A stretch of DNA of 64,000 nt. Origin: Obrimoposthia wandeli. Its lineage: Eukaryota. The position numbers were made by a program, and so were the translations under genes. This document shows, piece by piece, positions 62,521 through 64,000 of the stretch. Under the pieces are notes generated by a model. The model had not been told where the DNA came from. It worked only from the letters and a program-made list of their open reading frames with translations, and searched no databases. Positions within the stretch are counted from its first letter, which is position 1. Every line of letters begins with the position of its first letter. The DNA lies in contig CDROCS010002559.1 in NCBI GenBank assembly GCA_977020255.1, positions 248,001-312,000 of the forward strand. Reading direction: 5' to 3'.

Positions 62521-63250
62521 AGTAGGTAGATGTGTGACTTTAGAAACAAAGCCCCACCCCCCAACCGAAGACAAGATGTCTTTGTTGTAACTTTCAGGTG
62601 TAACAAAGACCATAACTCATATCTTTTGTTCTCCTAAAGTGAATATGACTCATCACGTGATCTTATGAGGTCATGTGATGTAGGTCAAATTTCTCCCTAG
62701 TACATCTGTTTTTTCAAGGTCATGTGACCTCACGAGATCACATTACGTATTAAGTAGGTCAAATTTCTCCCGAGTACGCATGATATTTTAAGGCCATGTC
62801 CTTTGTTTTATTATACTCATCACTTGAGCCCATGTGCTTACTATGAGCTGAAGGTTATTATAAGTTCATGAGCTCATATGCTTACTATGAGCCCAAGGTT
62901 AACATAAGGTTATCATGATATCAAGCTCACGTTCTTTTATAGTGTATTCATCTCATGAGCTCAAGGTTATGCTCTAGGTCATGAGCCGATGTGCCAACTA
63001 TGAGCTCATGCCGTTGTCTTGAAAGACACAATCATATCAGCTAAAAGGTATAAAACACATGGGATGTTTACTCCAATAATGTTTGAAAAACGCAATAGAA
63101 GGACAACAATCAATATATATTTGTCCCACTGTCATGTCTTTCAAACATGTATTGAAATTAAATCAATAATATTAAAACTTACTCAATATTGTCACAGCAG
63201 CAGAATAAAAATAAATAAAATCTTACCTAAATACTATAGTATAAATCTGT
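62521..63250 (+). mobile_element. Terminal fragment of a second, related Polinton
   Basis: Begins AGTAGGTAGATGT...AACAAAGCCCC, matching the reverse complement of the 45879 terminus; TCATGA-rich; inner boundary approximate. Confidence 0.8.
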
Positions 63251-63261
63251 TAGTAATTGGT

Positions 63262-63600
63262 ATTACTTTAATTCAAACTCCAAATGGTTTAGTTATTTGT
63301 ATAATAACGTCGATGTTTCCAAAGGGTAGATCAATAGGAATTACTTTAATTCAAACTCCAAATGGTTTAGTTTTTTGTATAATAACGTCGATGTTTCCAA
63401 AGGGTAGATCAATAGGAATTACTTTAATTCAAACTCCAAATGGTTTAGTTATTTGTATAATAACGTCGATGTTTCCAAAGGGTAGATCAATAGGAATTAC
63501 TTTAATTCAAACTCCAAATGGTTTAGTTATTTGTATAATAACGTCGATGTTTCCAAAGGGTAGATCAATAGGAATTACTTTAATTCAAACTCCAAATGGT
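63262..63600. repeat. 78-bp tandem repeat, ~4.4 copies
   Basis: Unit ATTACTTTAATTCAAACTCCAAATGGTTTAGTTATTTGTATAATAACGTCGATGTTTCCAAAGGGTAGATCAATAGGA. Confidence 0.95.
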
Positions 63601-64000
63601 TTTGCTAATTTATGAGATAAACCGACTGCTATTTGTGGGTTATGTATCATTACTTTACTTCCTATTTTTATATCTGACGGTCTAGTTCGTCTGTCATAAT
63701 ATTCTTTATAATTCTCTTGTATATTTTTTATAAATAATTTAGCTTTTTCAAATGCTAATTTTATTCTTTCTCTGATTTCTATTTTATATTCCGGTATTTC
63801 TAGATATTGTGTTGTGGGTTGTATTAATGTAAGATCGATATGCATTTGAGGATCTCTAAGAAACATAAGATAAAATGGTGTTTCTCCTGTGGATGCATGT
63901 ACTGATGTTCTGTAAGCAAATAAGCATGGTCTGATGTGTAAATCCCAATCTGTTTGATTGTTATTTGTATATGATGCCATCATATCTTCTAAGGTTCTGT
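63598..64000 (-). mobile_element. Gypsy integrase C-terminal fragment, same family as the element at 18.6-26.7 kb
   Basis: DWDLHIRPCLFAYRTSVHASTGETPFYLMF; IRERIKLAFEKAKLF...HNPQ..GLSHKL is nearly identical to 25153-25335. Confidence 0.92.

Overview
AT-rich eukaryotic (invertebrate-like) genomic DNA with very short GT-AG introns, several of exactly 37 nt. There are two host genes: a highly diverged multi-exon AAA+ ATPase on the minus strand (2401-15787, three Walker A motifs) and EDC3 on the plus strand (56402-59466 or beyond). The rest is a nested stack of mobile DNA. (1) A decayed Ty3/Gypsy element with a chuvirus-type class III fusion glycoprotein placed between gag and protease, plus a fibronectin-III-like membrane ORF after integrase. 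(2) A nearly complete ~19 kb Polinton/Maverick with TIRs, pPolB, integrase, packaging ATPase, penton, MCP and adenain protease. It carries an accessory cluster (IAP, TBP-like protein, STYX-like pseudophosphatase) and host-sized spliceosomal introns in several genes. (3) A BEL/Pao element lacking RT. (4) Three related solo-LTR-like elements, each with a different tandem array. (5) Mariner, hAT and MITE elements, a probable Penelope relic with a hammerhead ribozyme, and further Polinton-type termini inside the hAT transposase. All family assignments come from motif recognition by eye; no database searches were run. No tRNA, rRNA or CRISPR features were found.
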